DNA from: an uncultured delta proteobacterium
GTDB lineage: Bacteria; Desulfobacterota; Desulfobaccia; Desulfobaccales; 0-14-0-80-60-11
Assembly: GCA_963812015.1 (NCBI GenBank)
Contig: CAWETI010000002.1
Location: 416,001 to 480,000 of the forward strand
Reading direction: 5' to 3'
Length of the DNA: 64,000 nt
Positions 9,627-22,774 of this stretch are shown here, piece by piece (the stretch's first letter is position 1; each line of letters opens with the position of its first letter). The position numbers were made by a program, and so were the translations under genes. The notes below the pieces were generated by a model. It was not told where the DNA came from. It ran no database searches and saw only the letters and a program-made list of their open reading frames with translations.

Positions 9627-10382
9627 GTGAATAATAGACCGCCCCGATATTCTCCGGTGGTCCAGTCGGCTTCAGCGGTCATGGGCCCCCCACCCCGCTG
9701 GCCTGGACTTGATGCCAGCCTGGTCTCCGCCTCAAGGGGAGCAAGAGAAAACTCCCCCAAAACCCCGGCGAAACGGGGTGGGGGCTGATGGTTCAAATTT
9801 AGGCCCGGACTCTGGGGGGAAAATTCCTGGGTCTCGGCGAATTCTCTAGGCGCGGTTCCCCAAATGGCGAAAATCTATTCCCAAAAAAATTTATTTCCCG
9901 GCGGCGATTTTTCTCCCTTTTGGGGTTCTATAAAGCAAGGCGGGATCATCATTGAATCCCAACAGGTTCGCGGCGATCAAGAGGTCAAGGGTATTCCGTA
10001 CGATCAGCACTTGGTGATTTGTAACCTAATCCTCAAGATGCCCCCCTGGGGCTAAATGATTCTTTAAGTTTCTGGTCAGTTTGGATACTTGGGGGCGCCC
10101 TTGGCTCCCACATTAACGAAGCCCACTTTTTAGGGAAACCCAACCCACAAATAGGGTTGGCTAGAGCCTTTTCAGGGTGAAAATTCGTTCGGTTACAGCC
10201 AGAATGCCCTTGGCAGTCGAGTCTTGGGAACTATCTTCTTCCCTAACCTTAAGAATATCGTTATGTTTATAATTTATGTATCCTACGCCTGGCGCGGGAA
10301 CAGCGACACTATTTTTCAACGGCCAGTCGGGCTAGTTGGCTCATTGCAGATCATCTAAGGGATTCGAAGTGAGACCATCACT

Positions 10383-11600
10383 ATGACGTTCAGACCATAC
10401 ACCGAGAAAAATGCTCTATCGGAGCGCCTTACCCCGGGGGGTTGGCTCAATCGCTGGTGGATTTGGCTCCTGGCGGCCAGTCTTTTAGGGATCGTGGCCT
10501 ACACCCAGTTAAGCAAGCCGGCCAAGCTGACCGGAGGCTTAGCCAAGCAAGGGGTTTCCCCGGCGCCCCAAAGTGTTCCGGTTACAGCAGCAGCGGCGAA
10601 GCGGGGAGATATCCCCATATATCTCACTGGGCTCGGCTCCGTCACCCCGCTCCGTACCGTCACCGTAAAGAGCCGGGTGGATGGAGAGCTGATGCGGGTC
10701 TCGTACAAGGAGGGACAGATTGTCGGCAAGGGCTATCTCTTGGCGGAAATCGACCCCCGACCATACGAAGCCCAATTGACCCAGACCCAGGGTCAGATGG
10801 TCCGCGACCAGGCCTTACTGAAGAACGCCAGAGTGGACCTGGAGCGCTACCGGGTCCTATCCGGCCAGGATTCCGTCGCCAAACAGATATACGATACCCA
10901 AAAATCCCTGGTGCGTCAGCTTGAGGGCACCGTCAAGTTCGATCAGGGCCAGATCGACAATGCCAAACTGCAGCTCATTTATGCACGGATCACCGCCCCC
11001 GTCAGCGGGCGCATCGGCCTGCGGGCCGTGGACCCGGGCAACATCATTCACGCCACCGATACCACTGGGCTCGCCGTGATCACGCAACTCGAACCCATCA
11101 CGGTCATCTTTACCATCCCCGAGGACAACCTGCCCGAGGTGCTCGCCAAGCTCAGAGCCGGAGACCGCCTGGCAGTGGATGCCTATAACCGCGAGCAAAG
11201 CAAAAAACTCGCCACGGGGTCTTTGCTGACGGTCGATAACCAGATCGATCCGAACTCCGGCACGGTCCGACTCAAGGCGGAGTTCCCCAACAAAGATCAT
11301 GGGCTTTTCCCCAACCAGTTCGTCAATGCCCGCCTGCTTCTGGACACCAGGCGGGGAACCACGGTGATACCCACCGCCGCCATCCAGCGAAGCCCCCAGG
11401 CGACTTTCGTCTTTCTGGTCAAGGCCGATCAGACCGTCACGGTCCGCCAGGTGCGCCTCGGACCCACGGCAGGGGATCAGGTCTCCGTCGACGAGGGCCT
11501 CTCACCCGGTGATCTCGTGGTGGTGGAGGGCGCAGAGAGGCTGCGTGAGGGGAGCAAGATCGAGTTAAAAAGCCCCGGGAACTCGGGGAAAGCCAAGTAA
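10383..11600 (+). CDS. mdtA: MdtA/MuxA-family RND periplasmic adaptor
   Basis: [45 protein letters not shown]. Confidence 0.92.
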   Translation: MTFRPYTEKNALSERLTPGGWLNRWWIWLLAASLLGIVAYTQLSKPAKLTGGLAKQGVSPAPQSVPVTAAAAKRGDIPIYLTGLGSVTPLRTVTVKSRVDGELMRVSYKEGQIVGKGYLLAEIDPRPYEAQLTQTQGQMVRDQALLKNARVDLERYRVLSGQDSVAKQIYDTQKSLVRQLEGTVKFDQGQIDNAKLQLIYARITAPVSGRIGLRAVDPGNIIHATDTTGLAVITQLEPITVIFTIPEDNLPEVLAKLRAGDRLAVDAYNREQSKKLATGSLLTVDNQIDPNSGTVRLKAEFPNKDHGLFPNQFVNARLLLDTRRGTTVIPTAAIQRSPQATFVFLVKADQTVTVRQVRLGPTAGDQVSVDEGLSPGDLVVVEGAERLREGSKIELKSPGNSGKAK

Positions 11601-14600
11601 TGAACCCTTCCCGCACTTTCATCCTGCGTCCGGTGGCGACCACCCTGCTGATGGCGGCCATCATTCTGGCCGGGGCGGTGGCCTACTACCAGTTGCCGGT
11701 TTCGGCCCTGCCCCAGGTGGATTACCCGACTATCCAGGTGCTCACCTTTTTCCCGGGCGCCAGCCCCGATGTCATGGCTTCATCCATCACCGCCCCTCTG
11801 GAGCGTCAGTTCGGCCAAATGCCGGGGCTCAAGCAGATGACGTCCAACAGTTCCGGGGGCAGTTCGGTCATCATCCTGCAATTCGGTCTGGCCCTCAGTC
11901 TGGACGTGGCCGAACAGGAGGTCCAGGCGGCTATCAATGCGGCCGCGACCTTTTTGCCGAAAGACCTGCCCAATCCACCGGTCTACAGCAAGGTCAATCC
12001 GGCGGATGCGCCGATCCTGACGCTGGCTCTCACTTCAGAGACTCTGCCGCTGCCCAAAATCGAAGACCTGGCGGATACCCGACTCGCCCAGAAGATCTCC
12101 CAACTGCCGGGGGTGGGCCTCGTCAGTATCAGCGGCGGACAGCGGCCGGCGGTGCGGATTCAGGCCAACCCCACGGCTCTGGCTGCTTACGGCCTCACCC
12201 TGGAAGACCTGCGCACCGCTATTGGGGTGGCCAACACCAACCAGGCGAAAGGTGGCTTTGACGGTCTACGCCAGTCATCCATCATCGGGGCGAACGATCA
12301 GCTCTTTACCGGCAAGGAGTATCTGCCGCTGATCATCGCCTATGTCAATGGCGCCCCCGTGAAGCTAGGCGACGTGGCCGACGCCATCGACGACGCCGAA
12401 AACGTGCGGCAGGCAGCCTGGATGAACGATGTGCCGGCGGTGATCGTCAACGTTCAGCGGCAACCGGGCTCCAACGTCATCGAGGTCGTCGACCGCGTAA
12501 AAAGCCTGCTGCCGCAGTTGCAAAGTGCTCTGCCGCCTGCGGTGCACGTCTCCGTGCTCACCGACCGCACCGTGACCATCCGCGCTTCTGTCCATGGAGT
12601 CCAGTTCGAGATGATGCTGGCAGTGGCCCTGGTGGTGCTGGTGATCTTTTTATTTCTGCGGAACCTCCGGGCCACGATCATTCCGAGCGTGGCCGTGCCG
12701 CTCTCCCTGGTGGGCACCTTCGGGGTGATGTATCTGCTGGGATTCAGCCTGAACAATCTGTCGTTGATGGCCCTCACCATTGCCACCGGCTTCGTGGTGG
12801 ACGACGCCATCGTCATGATCGAAAATGTCTCTCGATACCTCGAACAGGGAGATCCACCCCTGCAGGCGGCCCTCAAAGGCTCGGAGCAAATCGCCTTCAC
12901 CATCCTGTCCCTGACTGTGTCGCTGATCGCCGTGCTGATTCCGGTCCTGTTCATGGGCGAGGTGGTGGGCCGGTTATTCCGGGAGTTTGCCATTACCCTC
13001 GGCGTGACGATTCTCCTCTCTGCCGTGGTGTCCCTCACCCTGACCCCGATGATGTGCGCCCGGCTACTGCGGCATACGCCGGAAGAACAGCAGAGTCGGC
13101 TCTTTCTCTCCTCCCAGCGGGTCTACGACCGGATTATCGAGTTCTACGCCTCGACGCTGCGCTGGGTGCTGAAGCACCAGACGGGGACGCTCCTGGTCGC
13201 GGTGGCAACCCTGGTCATGACGGTGCTTCTGTACGTCATCGTTCCCAAGGGCTTTTTTCCGGTTCAAGACACCGGCATCATCCTGGGCATTTCCGAGGCC
13301 CCGCAAAGGATCTCGTTTGCGGCCATGGCGGAGCGCCAGCAGGTCCTGGCGAAGGAAATCCTCCAGGACCCGGCCGTCGAAAGCCTCTCCACCTTCATCG
13401 GCGTGGACGGAACCAATACCACCCTCAACAGCGGGCGGGTGCTCATCAACCTTAAGCCCTTGGAAGAGCGCCGCATAAGCGCCAGCGAGATCATCCGCCG
13501 CCTGCAGCCGCGGCTCGCCAAGCTCGAGGGCATCACCCTCTTCATGCAGCCGGTGCAAGACCTCTCGGTGGAGGATCGCGTCAGCCGGACGCAATACCAG
13601 TATAGCCTCGAGGATCCTGATAGCAACGAATTGAACCGCTGGGCTCCCAGGTTGGTTGAAGCTCTCCGGAAACGGCCCGAACTTCGGGAGGTGAGCAGCG
13701 ATCAACAGGACGAGGGGCTGCAGGTTTACCTGACCATCGACCGCAGCACCGCGTCGCGCCTCGGCATCACGCCCCAGCTCATCGATGACACCCTCTACGA
13801 CGCCTTCGGCCAGCGCCAGGTGTCCACGATCTTCACCCAGTTGAACCAGTATCGCGTCGTTTTAGAGGTCAAGCCCGACTTTCAGCGAACCCCCGACAAA
13901 CTGGAGGCGATTTATATCCGCAGTATCGGCGGCGGCAAAGTGCCGTTGAGCGCCATCACCCGGGCCGAAGAGACGACCGGCCCCCTCGTCATCAGCCACC
14001 AGGGGCAGTTTCCGGCCACGACCCTGTCGTTCAATCTGGCTCCGGGGGTTTCCCTGGGTGGAGCGGTGGAGCTCATGGAGGCGACTACGAAGCAGCTGGG
14101 ACTGCCGCCCAGCATCCGGGGCAGTTTTCAGGGCACGGCCCGGGCCTTCCAGGCCTCCCTGGCCAACGAACCGCTGTTGATCCTGGCAGCCCTGGTGACG
14201 GTCTACATCGTCTTGGGAGTGTTGTACGAGAGCTATATCCACCCCATCACCATCATCTCGACCCTCCCTTCGGCCGGAGTCGGGGCGATTCTCGCGCTTC
14301 TCCTCTGCCGCACCGAGTTCAGCGTCATCGCCCTCATCGGCATCATTTTGTTGATCGGCATCGTCAAGAAAAACGGCATCATGATAGTGGACTTTGCCCT
14401 GGATGCCGAGCGCAAGGGAGGGAAGCCTCCGGAGGAGGCGATCTATCAGGCCTGCCTGTTGAGATTCCGGCCGATCATGATGACGACCATGGCGGCCCTT
14501 TTGGGGGCGCTGCCCCTGGCCATAGGGACCGGATTGGGGTCCGAGCTGCGTCATCCCCTGGGCATCTCCATCGTCGGCGGGCTGATTTTCAGCCAGGTGC

Positions 14601-14713
14601 TCACCCTCTACACGACTCCGGTCATCTACCTCTGGTTTGATCGGCTGGCAGGACGCCTGGGCAAGGGTCGCTCGGCAGACTCGCAGCAAGGGGACTTCAC
14701 GGAACCGGCATGA
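11600..14713 (+). CDS. mdtB: MdtB/MuxB RND permease
   Basis: [42 protein letters not shown]. Confidence 0.93.
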   Translation: MNPSRTFILRPVATTLLMAAIILAGAVAYYQLPVSALPQVDYPTIQVLTFFPGASPDVMASSITAPLERQFGQMPGLKQMTSNSSGGSSVIILQFGLALSLDVAEQEVQAAINAAATFLPKDLPNPPVYSKVNPADAPILTLALTSETLPLPKIEDLADTRLAQKISQLPGVGLVSISGGQRPAVRIQANPTALAAYGLTLEDLRTAIGVANTNQAKGGFDGLRQSSIIGANDQLFTGKEYLPLIIAYVNGAPVKLGDVADAIDDAENVRQAAWMNDVPAVIVNVQRQPGSNVIEVVDRVKSLLPQLQSALPPAVHVSVLTDRTVTIRASVHGVQFEMMLAVALVVLVIFLFLRNLRATIIPSVAVPLSLVGTFGVMYLLGFSLNNLSLMALTIATGFVVDDAIVMIENVSRYLEQGDPPLQAALKGSEQIAFTILSLTVSLIAVLIPVLFMGEVVGRLFREFAITLGVTILLSAVVSLTLTPMMCARLLRHTPEEQQSRLFLSSQRVYDRIIEFYASTLRWVLKHQTGTLLVAVATLVMTVLLYVIVPKGFFPVQDTGIILGISEAPQRISFAAMAERQQVLAKEILQDPAVESLSTFIGVDGTNTTLNSGRVLINLKPLEERRISASEIIRRLQPRLAKLEGITLFMQPVQDLSVEDRVSRTQYQYSLEDPDSNELNRWAPRLVEALRKRPELREVSSDQQDEGLQVYLTIDRSTASRLGITPQLIDDTLYDAFGQRQVSTIFTQLNQYRVVLEVKPDFQRTPDKLEAIYIRSIGGGKVPLSAITRAEETTGPLVISHQGQFPATTLSFNLAPGVSLGGAVELMEATTKQLGLPPSIRGSFQGTARAFQASLANEPLLILAALVTVYIVLGVLYESYIHPITIISTLPSAGVGAILALLLCRTEFSVIALIGIILLIGIVKKNGIMIVDFALDAERKGGKPPEEAIYQACLLRFRPIMMTTMAALLGALPLAIGTGLGSELRHPLGISIVGGLIFSQVLTLYTTPVIYLWFDRLAGRLGKGRSADSQQGDFTEPA

Positions 14714-17700
14714 ACATCACGGCCCCCTTCATCAAAAGGCCGGTGGCCACGACCCTGCTCACCGTCGGCATGGCGCTGGCCGGGATCATAGCCTTTCATT
14801 TCTTGCCCGTATCTCCCCTGCCCCAGGTGGATTTCCCGACGATCCAGGTCTCGGCAAGCCTGCCGGGGGCCGACCCCGAAACCATGGCTACTTCGGTGGC
14901 GGCGCCTTTGGAACGGCAATTCGGACACATTGCCGGGGTGACCGAGATGACCTCGTCCAGTTACCGGGGGATAACCAATGTCGTGTTGCAGTTCGATTTG
15001 AACCGCAACATCGACGGGGCCGCCCGGGACGTCCAGGCCGCCATCAATGCGGCGCAAAGTTATCTGCCGTCGACGCTGCCCAACCTCCCCACCTACCGCA
15101 AGGTCAACCCGGCCGATGCCCCGATTCTCATCGTGTCTCTCACCTCCGACACGGTGGACAGGGCGCGCATGTATGATGCGGCTTCCACCATTCTCCAGCA
15201 AAAAATCTCCCAGGTGGAGGGAGTCGGCACGGTGTTCGCGGGAGGCGGTTCTTTGCCGGCGGTCCGGGTGGAACTGAACCCTACGGCGGTGCACAAATAC
15301 GGGATCGGCCTTGAGGATGTGCGCAGTCTGTTGGGTAACACCAACGTCAACCGGCCCAAGGGACAACTGGCGGATGGAACCAAAAGCCGGGAGATCAGGA
15401 CCAACGATCAACTCTTCAAGGCCGAGCAGTACCGGGATCTGATCGTAACTTACAGCTCCGGGGCGCCGGTCCGGTTGGCGGATCTGGGCGAGGTCGATGA
15501 CTCAGTTGAGGATGTGCGAGCCGAGGGGCTGATGAACGGCAAGACCGCGGTGATGCTGGTCATTTTTAGAAGCCCCGGGGCCAACATTATCGACACGGTG
15601 GATCGGATTCGCGGCCTGATGCCGCAGTTGCAAGCCTCCATTCCCCAGGGGATCAATCTGTCGGTCGTGGTGGACCGAAGTCCGCCCATCCGCAGTTCAC
15701 TCAAGGATGTCGAATTCACCCTGGTGATTTCGGGCACCCTCGTCATTCTGGTGGTGTTCGCCTTCCTGCGGAATATCCGGGCCACCCTCATCCCGGGGGT
15801 GGCGGTGCCGGTGTCCCTCATCAGCACCTTCGGGGTGATGTATCTGCTGGGCTACAGCGTGGACAACCTCTCCCTCATGGCCCTCACGATTGCGACGGGC
15901 TTTGTGGTGGACGACGCCATTGTGGTGATAGAGAACATCACCCGTTACATCGAAAAAGGAGATTCCCCCCGGGAGGCGGCGTTCCTGGGAGCAAAGGAGA
16001 TCACCTTTACGGTCGTATCCATGAGCGCCTCTCTGGTGGCGGTGTTCATCCCGCTCCTGTTGATGGGCGGTATGGTCGGCCGTCTGTTTCGCGAGTTCTC
16101 CGTGACGCTTTCCGCGGCTATCTTGATTTCTCTGCTAGTGTCCCTGACGACCACCCCCATGATGTGCGCCGCCCTCCTCAGGTCAGAGAAAGGCCGGGCT
16201 CACGGGCGCATCTACCGGGCCAGCGAGTGGATGTTCGAACTGCTGCGCCACACCTACGATATCAGCCTGGGCTGGGCCTTGCGGCACCCTCGCTTTATGC
16301 TCTCTCTGATGCTGCTCACGGTGGGATTGAATATCGGCCTGTTCCTTTACATTCCCAAGGGTTTCTTCCCCGAGCAGGATACCGGTCGCATCACCGGCAT
16401 GATCCAGGCCTCCCAGGACATCTCGTTTCAGGCCATGCGGCAGAAGCTGCCGGAAGTGGTGGATATCATCAAGACTGACCCGGACGTGACTGACGTGTTG
16501 GGTTTCACCGGCGGGGTCAGTGGCGGCGGCACCGGCGCCACCGTCAATACGGCGCGCATGTTCATTTCCCTCAAGCCCTTCGAGCAGCGCAAGGCCAGTG
16601 CGCGTCAGGTGATCGCCAGGCTGCGCCGCCAGCTCGCGCAAGTGCCGGGGGCCCCCACTTACTTTCAGGTGGTTCAGGATTTGCGGATCGGCGGCCTGGG
16701 AAGTGCGGCCCTTTATCAATTTACCCTTCGGGGAGACAACCTCGAAGAGCTCAATACCTGGGGCCCCCGCGTGCTAGAGAAACTGCGCCCCTTGCCTCAA
16801 CTGGTGGATGTTAACAGCGATCAACAGGATAGAGGGTTGCAGTCCACTCTGGTAATCGACCGCGACACGGCCTCCCGGTTCGGCATTACCGCGCAGCTCA
16901 TTGACGACACCTTGTACGACGCCTTCGGGCAGCGCCAGGTGGCCATCACCTACACCCCGCTCAACCAGTATCATGTAGTAATGGAGGTGGCCCCACCCTA
17001 TTGGCAGCGCCCCGAAACGCTGCGACAGATCTACGTGCATTCGCCCAATGGCGCCATGGTGCCGCTGAGCGCCTTCACGCATTACGAGCCCACCGCCACC
17101 TCTCTCTCGGTGAACCACCTGGGGCAGTTTCCGGCGGTCACCATCTCATTCAATCTGGCCCGGGGGGCAGCCCTCGGGGATGCGGTGGCGGCCATCGAGA
17201 CGGCCACCAGGCAGTTGGGGCTACCGGCCGGCATCCGGGGGACCTTCCTGGGGACGGCCGAGGCCTTCAAGGCCTCCTTGGCCAACGAACCGTATCTGAT
17301 CCTGGCGGCGCTCCTGGCGGTCTACATCGTGCTGGGGGTGCTGTACGAGAGCTACGTCCACCCGATCACGATCCTCTCCACCCTGCCATCGGCGGGGGTG
17401 GGGGCACTTTTTACTTTGATAGTCTGTGGGACGGATTTGAGCCTCATTGCCGTAATCGGTATTATCCTGCTGATCGGCATCGTCAAGAAGAACGGCATCA
17501 TGATGGTTGACTTTGCCCTGGACGTGGAACGCAAAGAGGGCAAGAGTTCTCGGGAGGCGATCTACGAGGCGTGTCTGCTGCGATTCCGCCCGATTATGAT
17601 GACGACCATGGCGGCCCTGTTGGGAGCACTGCCGCTGGCGCTGGGATCTGGAGCGGGGTCCGAGCTGCGCCGCCCCCTGGGCATCTCCATCGTGGGGGGG

Positions 17701-17838
17701 CTGATCTTCAGCCAGATGCTCACCCTCTATACCACCCCGGTGATCTACCTTTATCTGGACCGCTTCAGGCTCTGGTTTAATCGCCTCCGCCGCGGGCGCC
17801 GGGGGGAGCCAGCAAATGCGGGGGCGATGGAAAATTAG
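14710..17838 (+). CDS. mdtC: MdtC/MuxC RND permease
   Basis: [26 protein letters not shown]; second paralogous permease in tandem. Confidence 0.92.
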   Translation: MNITAPFIKRPVATTLLTVGMALAGIIAFHFLPVSPLPQVDFPTIQVSASLPGADPETMATSVAAPLERQFGHIAGVTEMTSSSYRGITNVVLQFDLNRNIDGAARDVQAAINAAQSYLPSTLPNLPTYRKVNPADAPILIVSLTSDTVDRARMYDAASTILQQKISQVEGVGTVFAGGGSLPAVRVELNPTAVHKYGIGLEDVRSLLGNTNVNRPKGQLADGTKSREIRTNDQLFKAEQYRDLIVTYSSGAPVRLADLGEVDDSVEDVRAEGLMNGKTAVMLVIFRSPGANIIDTVDRIRGLMPQLQASIPQGINLSVVVDRSPPIRSSLKDVEFTLVISGTLVILVVFAFLRNIRATLIPGVAVPVSLISTFGVMYLLGYSVDNLSLMALTIATGFVVDDAIVVIENITRYIEKGDSPREAAFLGAKEITFTVVSMSASLVAVFIPLLLMGGMVGRLFREFSVTLSAAILISLLVSLTTTPMMCAALLRSEKGRAHGRIYRASEWMFELLRHTYDISLGWALRHPRFMLSLMLLTVGLNIGLFLYIPKGFFPEQDTGRITGMIQASQDISFQAMRQKLPEVVDIIKTDPDVTDVLGFTGGVSGGGTGATVNTARMFISLKPFEQRKASARQVIARLRRQLAQVPGAPTYFQVVQDLRIGGLGSAALYQFTLRGDNLEELNTWGPRVLEKLRPLPQLVDVNSDQQDRGLQSTLVIDRDTASRFGITAQLIDDTLYDAFGQRQVAITYTPLNQYHVVMEVAPPYWQRPETLRQIYVHSPNGAMVPLSAFTHYEPTATSLSVNHLGQFPAVTISFNLARGAALGDAVAAIETATRQLGLPAGIRGTFLGTAEAFKASLANEPYLILAALLAVYIVLGVLYESYVHPITILSTLPSAGVGALFTLIVCGTDLSLIAVIGIILLIGIVKKNGIMMVDFALDVERKEGKSSREAIYEACLLRFRPIMMTTMAALLGALPLALGSGAGSELRRPLGISIVGGLIFSQMLTLYTTPVIYLYLDRFRLWFNRLRRGRRGEPANAGAMEN

Positions 17839-17888
17839 CGGGGTAATGCATAAATTGTCCGCAATCCGGGAGAGAGGGGTACTGAAGT

Positions 17889-17979
17889 CCCCCTTGGTAA
17901 AAGGGGGATTTAGAGTTATTTATTAGGTTTTTCAAGTGGTTATTATAATCCCCCCTGCCCCCCTGGAGAAAAGGGGGGG
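17889..17979. repeat. REP-like palindromic intergenic element
   Basis: Two CCCCC..N..AAAAGGGGG hairpins in inverted arrangement (GGGGGATT...AATCCCCCC). Confidence 0.45.
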
Positions 17980-18086
17980 TAAAAAATGTGGTAATAAATA
18001 TAGTTGGGACCCCGGACCGCCACCCGGGAAAGGCTTTGAGGAAATCATTTATGTTGCTTCATTTAAGGACAGTCTTTGGGAGATGC

Positions 18087-19691
18087 ATGGCGCCCGGCAG
18101 GATTACCCTGGCAGTGGTCGCCGGGGCGCTGGTCCTGGTCTCAGGCTGTACGGTCGGTCCGGATTATGTGAGGCCGCCGGCCGAAACCCCCGCGACTTAC
18201 AAGGAAAATGCCGGTTGGAAGGTGGCCCAGCCCCGGGACGAGATGTCCCGGGGAGCCTGGTGGGAGATCTATAATGACCCCAAGTTGAACGCCCTGGTAG
18301 CGCAGGTCGACATCACCAACCAGAACATCGCCGCGGCGGAAGCGAATTTCCGCCAGGCTCTGGCGTTGATTCGAGTCGCCCGGGCCGCCTATTTCCCCAC
18401 GGTCACCGGCGGCCCTTCCTGGTCGCGGTTCAAGAGATCGGAGAACATCGGCAGCGCTAATTCTAATCTTGCCGGAGCCTCGGGAACCTCAGGCGCAGGA
18501 GGTGGCGCCGCCATTGGCTCCTTCCCGGGGGCTACTTTACCGGACTACTTGCTGAATTTCAACGCCGCCTGGGAATTGGACATTTGGGGCAAAGTGCGCC
18601 GCAGCGTGGAGTCGAGCCAAGCCAGCGCCCAGGCCAGCGCCGCCAATATTGAGGTGGCGCGGCTGAGCGCCCAGGCCACCCTGGCCCAAAGCTATTTTCT
18701 CTTGCGCGCCTCGGACGAGCAAAAGCGCCTCTTGGACGACATCGCCCTCGCCTTCCAAACGATTTTCGACCGGACCATAAACCGCTACAACAGCGGCGTC
18801 GCCAGCCGGAACGACGTGGCCCTGGCGGAGACCCAGCTCAAGACCACCCAGGCCCAGGCCATCGACCTCGGGGTGCAACGGGCCCAACTGGAGCACGCCA
18901 TCGCCATCCTCATGGGTAAGCCGCCCGCCACCTTCGCCATTCCGCCGGCGCCGGTGGCCCTGAAGGTCCCGGCCATTCCCGCCGGGGTGCCTTCGGAACT
19001 CCTGGAACGCCGCCCCGACGTCGCCGCCGCCGAAAGGAACATGGCCGCGGCCAACGCCCAGGTCGGCGTTGCCATCGCGGCCTATTACCCCTCCATTACT
19101 CTGAGCGCCACCGGAGGCTTCGAGGCCGCCACCACGCCGCTGTGGTTTACCTGGCCCAGCCGCTTCTGGTCGCTGGGGGCGGCCGCGGCGCAGACCATAT
19201 TCCAAGGCGGGGCGCTGGTAGCCCAGACCGACGCGGCCCGAGCGGCTTACGATGCCACCGTGGCCACCTATCGCCAGACGGTGCTCACCGGCTTTCAGGA
19301 GGTAGAAGACAATCTGGCGGCCCTGCGCATTCTGGAGCAGGAGGCGAAGGTCCAAGACGAGGCGGCAAAGGCGGCGAGATTATCGGTCACCTTAAGCACT
19401 AACCAGTATCAGGCCGGTACCATCAGCACCCTCGACCTCCTGCTGGTGGTGACCAACGCCCGGAACATCGAAAGGACCTCCGTCACCATCCTGGGCAGCC
19501 GGATGAGCGCCAGCGTGCTCCTGATAAAAGCCCTGGGCGGGGGCTGGAAATCCTCCGACTTGACTGCTGTCGCTAATGGCTCGCTGGATTCGAGCCCAAG
19601 CGGTCAGGCGTCGAACCGCCAAGACCACCGTGAAGGCCCCGTAAACCCGAACCTGGCTGGTGGCAGGGTTGGCGAGCCATCAACCCAATAG
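18087..19691 (+). CDS. NodT/OprM-family outer membrane efflux lipoprotein
   Basis: Lipobox LVSGC-TVGPDY, WELDIWG, PSELLERRPDVAAAE, KALGGGW. Confidence 0.92.
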   Translation: MAPGRITLAVVAGALVLVSGCTVGPDYVRPPAETPATYKENAGWKVAQPRDEMSRGAWWEIYNDPKLNALVAQVDITNQNIAAAEANFRQALALIRVARAAYFPTVTGGPSWSRFKRSENIGSANSNLAGASGTSGAGGGAAIGSFPGATLPDYLLNFNAAWELDIWGKVRRSVESSQASAQASAANIEVARLSAQATLAQSYFLLRASDEQKRLLDDIALAFQTIFDRTINRYNSGVASRNDVALAETQLKTTQAQAIDLGVQRAQLEHAIAILMGKPPATFAIPPAPVALKVPAIPAGVPSELLERRPDVAAAERNMAAANAQVGVAIAAYYPSITLSATGGFEAATTPLWFTWPSRFWSLGAAAAQTIFQGGALVAQTDAARAAYDATVATYRQTVLTGFQEVEDNLAALRILEQEAKVQDEAAKAARLSVTLSTNQYQAGTISTLDLLLVVTNARNIERTSVTILGSRMSASVLLIKALGGGWKSSDLTAVANGSLDSSPSGQASNRQDHREGPVNPNLAGGRVGEPSTQ

Positions 19692-19769
19692 GATAAGACC
19701 AGCTCGCATTGTGTCCAGGATAGATAAGAGAGGGCTCAATAACCTTCTTCAGTAAAATGAGAATATATT

Positions 19770-20489
19770 TTATTCTTTATACCTCAGGCGATAACCAACC
19801 CCGGGTTCGGTGCTGAGATATACCGGGCGCGCCGGGTCGGCTTCCAATTTATGGCGCAGGTGGTGGATATAATTCCTTAAATAATGCGCCTGCTCATCGC
19901 TTCGATAGCCCCATACTTCCTGCAGCAGCTGCCTTTGGGTTATGACTTTCCCGCTATGACGCACCAATACGGCCAATAATTTAAACTCGATGGGGGTAAG
20001 ATGGATCTCTTTGGGGCCCACCCAAACCATTCTCCTGGCCAGGTCAACCTTGAGGTCACCGGTTTGAAAAATCGGTCCCTCTTTGCCAACCCGGGATTGG
20101 GAGATGCGACGTATGGCGACTCGCATCCGGGCGGAAAGTTCCTCAACGCTGAAGGGCTTGGCCAAATAATCATCCGCGCCGGCGTCCAGGCCGTCAACCT
20201 TCTCGGTGTCTTTGCCCCGGGCCGAGATCACGATGATGGGAGTATTGGACCACTCCCGGATGCGTTTGATAACTTCCAGACCATCGATATCGGGGAGCCC
20301 TAAATCCAGAAGGATGATATCGGGATTATGGGTGGCCGCCATGGTAATTGCCTGGGCCCCGGTGGTGGCCTCCAGCAGTTTAAATCTCTGGGCTTCCAGG
20401 GCCGCCTTGAGGAACCGGCGAATTGGCGCCTCATCTTCCACCACCAGCACAATCCAATCGGCATCGGACACGGATTTCCCTTCCTGCAA
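19770..20489 (-). CDS. kdpE: KdpE-like OmpR-family response regulator
   Basis: LLDLGLPD.DG..VI..IREWS, HLTPIEFKLL, LRHKLEADPARP....TEPGVGYR; true start may be GTG 20471. Confidence 0.88.
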   Translation of the reverse strand: MQEGKSVSDADWIVLVVEDEAPIRRFLKAALEAQRFKLLEATTGAQAITMAATHNPDIILLDLGLPDIDGLEVIKRIREWSNTPIIVISARGKDTEKVDGLDAGADDYLAKPFSVEELSARMRVAIRRISQSRVGKEGPIFQTGDLKVDLARRMVWVGPKEIHLTPIEFKLLAVLVRHSGKVITQRQLLQEVWGYRSDEQAHYLRNYIHHLRHKLEADPARPVYLSTEPGVGYRLRYKE

Positions 20490-20515
20490 CCAAATGCAAA
20501 ATTATGACGAAAAAG

Positions 20516-22480
20516 TCATTGGTTGTTTCGGCCTTTTAAGGGGAAGGTGAATCGCACCGCGGCGCCGCCGCCGGTGCGGTTCTCCGCCCATATCCGGCCC
20601 CCGTGGGCCTCCACGATGGCTCGGCAGATTGACAGCCCCAGACCGTAACCCCTTTGGCCCAGGTCCTTGGTGCCTCGATCAAACATCTCAAAAATCCTTT
20701 CCAGATCCTCCGGGGGAAATCCCGGGCCGTGGTCGGCTACTTCCACTTCAATCTCATGGTCCTTCCGTACGGCCGCAATGGCCAGGGGAGAGCCTGGGGG
20801 TGAGTACTTCAGCGAGTTTTCCAGCAAATTAATGAAGATGTGCTCCGCCAGAGCCGAATCCAGCGGGACCATGGGGAGATCAGCAGGCAGCGAAGTCGTG
20901 ATCGGTCGGTCCGCCAGCTTTTTCTCTAAACGATTTAAGGCGGCCCCGACGACTTCTTCTAACGGTTGCAACTCCTGGTGAAGCTTGAGAGAGCCTGACT
21001 CCAGCATGGCAATATCCAGGAGGTTGTTGACCAATCGGCTCAGCCGGTCAGCCTCATCATAGATGTTGGTCAGCATTTCTTGCGCCTGCTGGGTATCAAG
21101 CTGGCTCTGCAAATCCAACAAGCTGCTGGAGGATCCCATGATAGCCGCCAGGGGCGTTTGAAAATCATGGGTGACCGAGCCGAGCAGAGAGGCGCGCAAA
21201 CGTTCGGTTTCCGCCGCCACCTGCGCTTCCAAGGCGGCCTTTTGCAGACGCTCCACTCCTAGGGCCAGGGCGACTTGCTTGGCCAGGGATTCGAGGAAGC
21301 GGAGGCGCAGTTGTTCCGGTAATAGCCATTGTACCGATTCAGGATCTTTGGGCCGCATGGCCAGGACCCCTAAGGTGGCATCGGCGGTTTGCAGGGGCAC
21401 ATAGAGAATCTCAGAAGTTGGTGAGTTTTGCGTCCCCCACCCGGCCATCTGGCCGGCCTGGTAAGTCCATTGGGCCACACCCATTTCTTTGATGATATCT
21501 TTGTGAAAGACCGACGCGATATCTCCGGCAGACACGTGCAACCGCTTATTGTCGTCCGGCAGCAGCGCCACCACCTGGCACCCTAAAATCTCCGAGATGT
21601 GCTGCACCGCCACCTGCAAAATTTTCTCCAGCCCCCGGGTGCCGGCGAGCTGCTGGCTGAGGGCCTGCATGGCCGCGGTCTGGCGCTCTTGCAAACGGGC
21701 GGCCTCGGCCTGCCGTCTTATCAGGCCGGCCAAATGACCGATTACCACGGCCACCAGAAACATCACCACGAAGGTCACGAGGTATTTGGCATCTTCAACG
21801 GTGAACGACCATCGGGGCGGCACAAAACAGAAATCAAAGGCCAGAACGCTCAGGAGAGCATTGAGGATAGCCGGCCCCCGCCCACACTGCACGGCGGTGA
21901 CCATCACCGCCAGCAAATACACCATAATCAGGTTGGGGAGGTCGAAGTAAGGATACATCAAGAAGCAGAGGCCGGTAGCCAGGGAGACATAGATGAGGCC
22001 CACTTCATAGTCAGGCAACCGGATGGGTTTCGGTTGCACCAAAACGGGCGCCTCTTTTTGTTCCCCCGACTCCCCGGTGATGACATAAACATCAATCTCG
22101 CCGCTCAGGCGCACCAATTCGTCCACCGGACTCTTGGAGAGGAAATCACGCCAGCGGGGACTAGGGGGCTTACCGGCCACAATTTTGGTAACCTGCCGCC
22201 GGCGGGCGAAGTTGACAATCTCGGCGGCAATGCGAATGCCCCTCAAGGTGATGGTTTCGGCGCCCAATTGCTCCGCCAGCCGCAGGTTATAGACGGCCCG
22301 GTTCCGCTCCGCCTCCGGCAACCGCAGCATCTTGGGGTTCTCGACGTAGACCGCAAACCATTCAGCCTGCAACTCGGTGGCCAGGTTTTTGGCGGCCCTG
22401 ATCAGATCGGCGCAGGCAGGGCTGGGGCCGACGCACACCAGGATTCTGGCTTTTGTGAGTGGTAACCTGTCTGCCATCAT
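20516..22480 (-). CDS. kdpD: KdpD-like sensor histidine kinase (USP + 4TM DUF4118 + GAF + HisKA/HATPase), lacking the N-terminal KdpD domain
   Basis: Begins at the USP domain (RILVCVGPSP), NLRLAEQLGAE, AFDFCFVPP, SVTHDFQTPL, GLGLSIC. Confidence 0.82.
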   Translation of the reverse strand: MMADRLPLTKARILVCVGPSPACADLIRAAKNLATELQAEWFAVYVENPKMLRLPEAERNRAVYNLRLAEQLGAETITLRGIRIAAEIVNFARRRQVTKIVAGKPPSPRWRDFLSKSPVDELVRLSGEIDVYVITGESGEQKEAPVLVQPKPIRLPDYEVGLIYVSLATGLCFLMYPYFDLPNLIMVYLLAVMVTAVQCGRGPAILNALLSVLAFDFCFVPPRWSFTVEDAKYLVTFVVMFLVAVVIGHLAGLIRRQAEAARLQERQTAAMQALSQQLAGTRGLEKILQVAVQHISEILGCQVVALLPDDNKRLHVSAGDIASVFHKDIIKEMGVAQWTYQAGQMAGWGTQNSPTSEILYVPLQTADATLGVLAMRPKDPESVQWLLPEQLRLRFLESLAKQVALALGVERLQKAALEAQVAAETERLRASLLGSVTHDFQTPLAAIMGSSSSLLDLQSQLDTQQAQEMLTNIYDEADRLSRLVNNLLDIAMLESGSLKLHQELQPLEEVVGAALNRLEKKLADRPITTSLPADLPMVPLDSALAEHIFINLLENSLKYSPPGSPLAIAAVRKDHEIEVEVADHGPGFPPEDLERIFEMFDRGTKDLGQRGYGLGLSICRAIVEAHGGRIWAENRTGGGAAVRFTFPLKGRNNQ

Positions 22481-22774
22481 TGCCCTCCCTTGGTCTGACG
22501 CCGATTGATGCTTCCCTTAAAGTCTAAATCATAAAATGTCAAAAAATAGTAAAAATTCTCCAGCCGGCCGTAAAAATTTCGTAACAATCCGAGCACCTGT
22601 ATGAGCCTCACGTCGGATGGATCGAAGAGAACGGCAAGAGGTTCGGCTCTCGAAGGCTTATGGGTTGGAGCTTGAGACGAACAAGGCCACCGGGATAGGG
22701 GCAATCTTAGGAGCAATGGCCAAAATGCAGGTGGCCTTGATGGGATAACTGATGAAATTGATTAACTGATTAAT

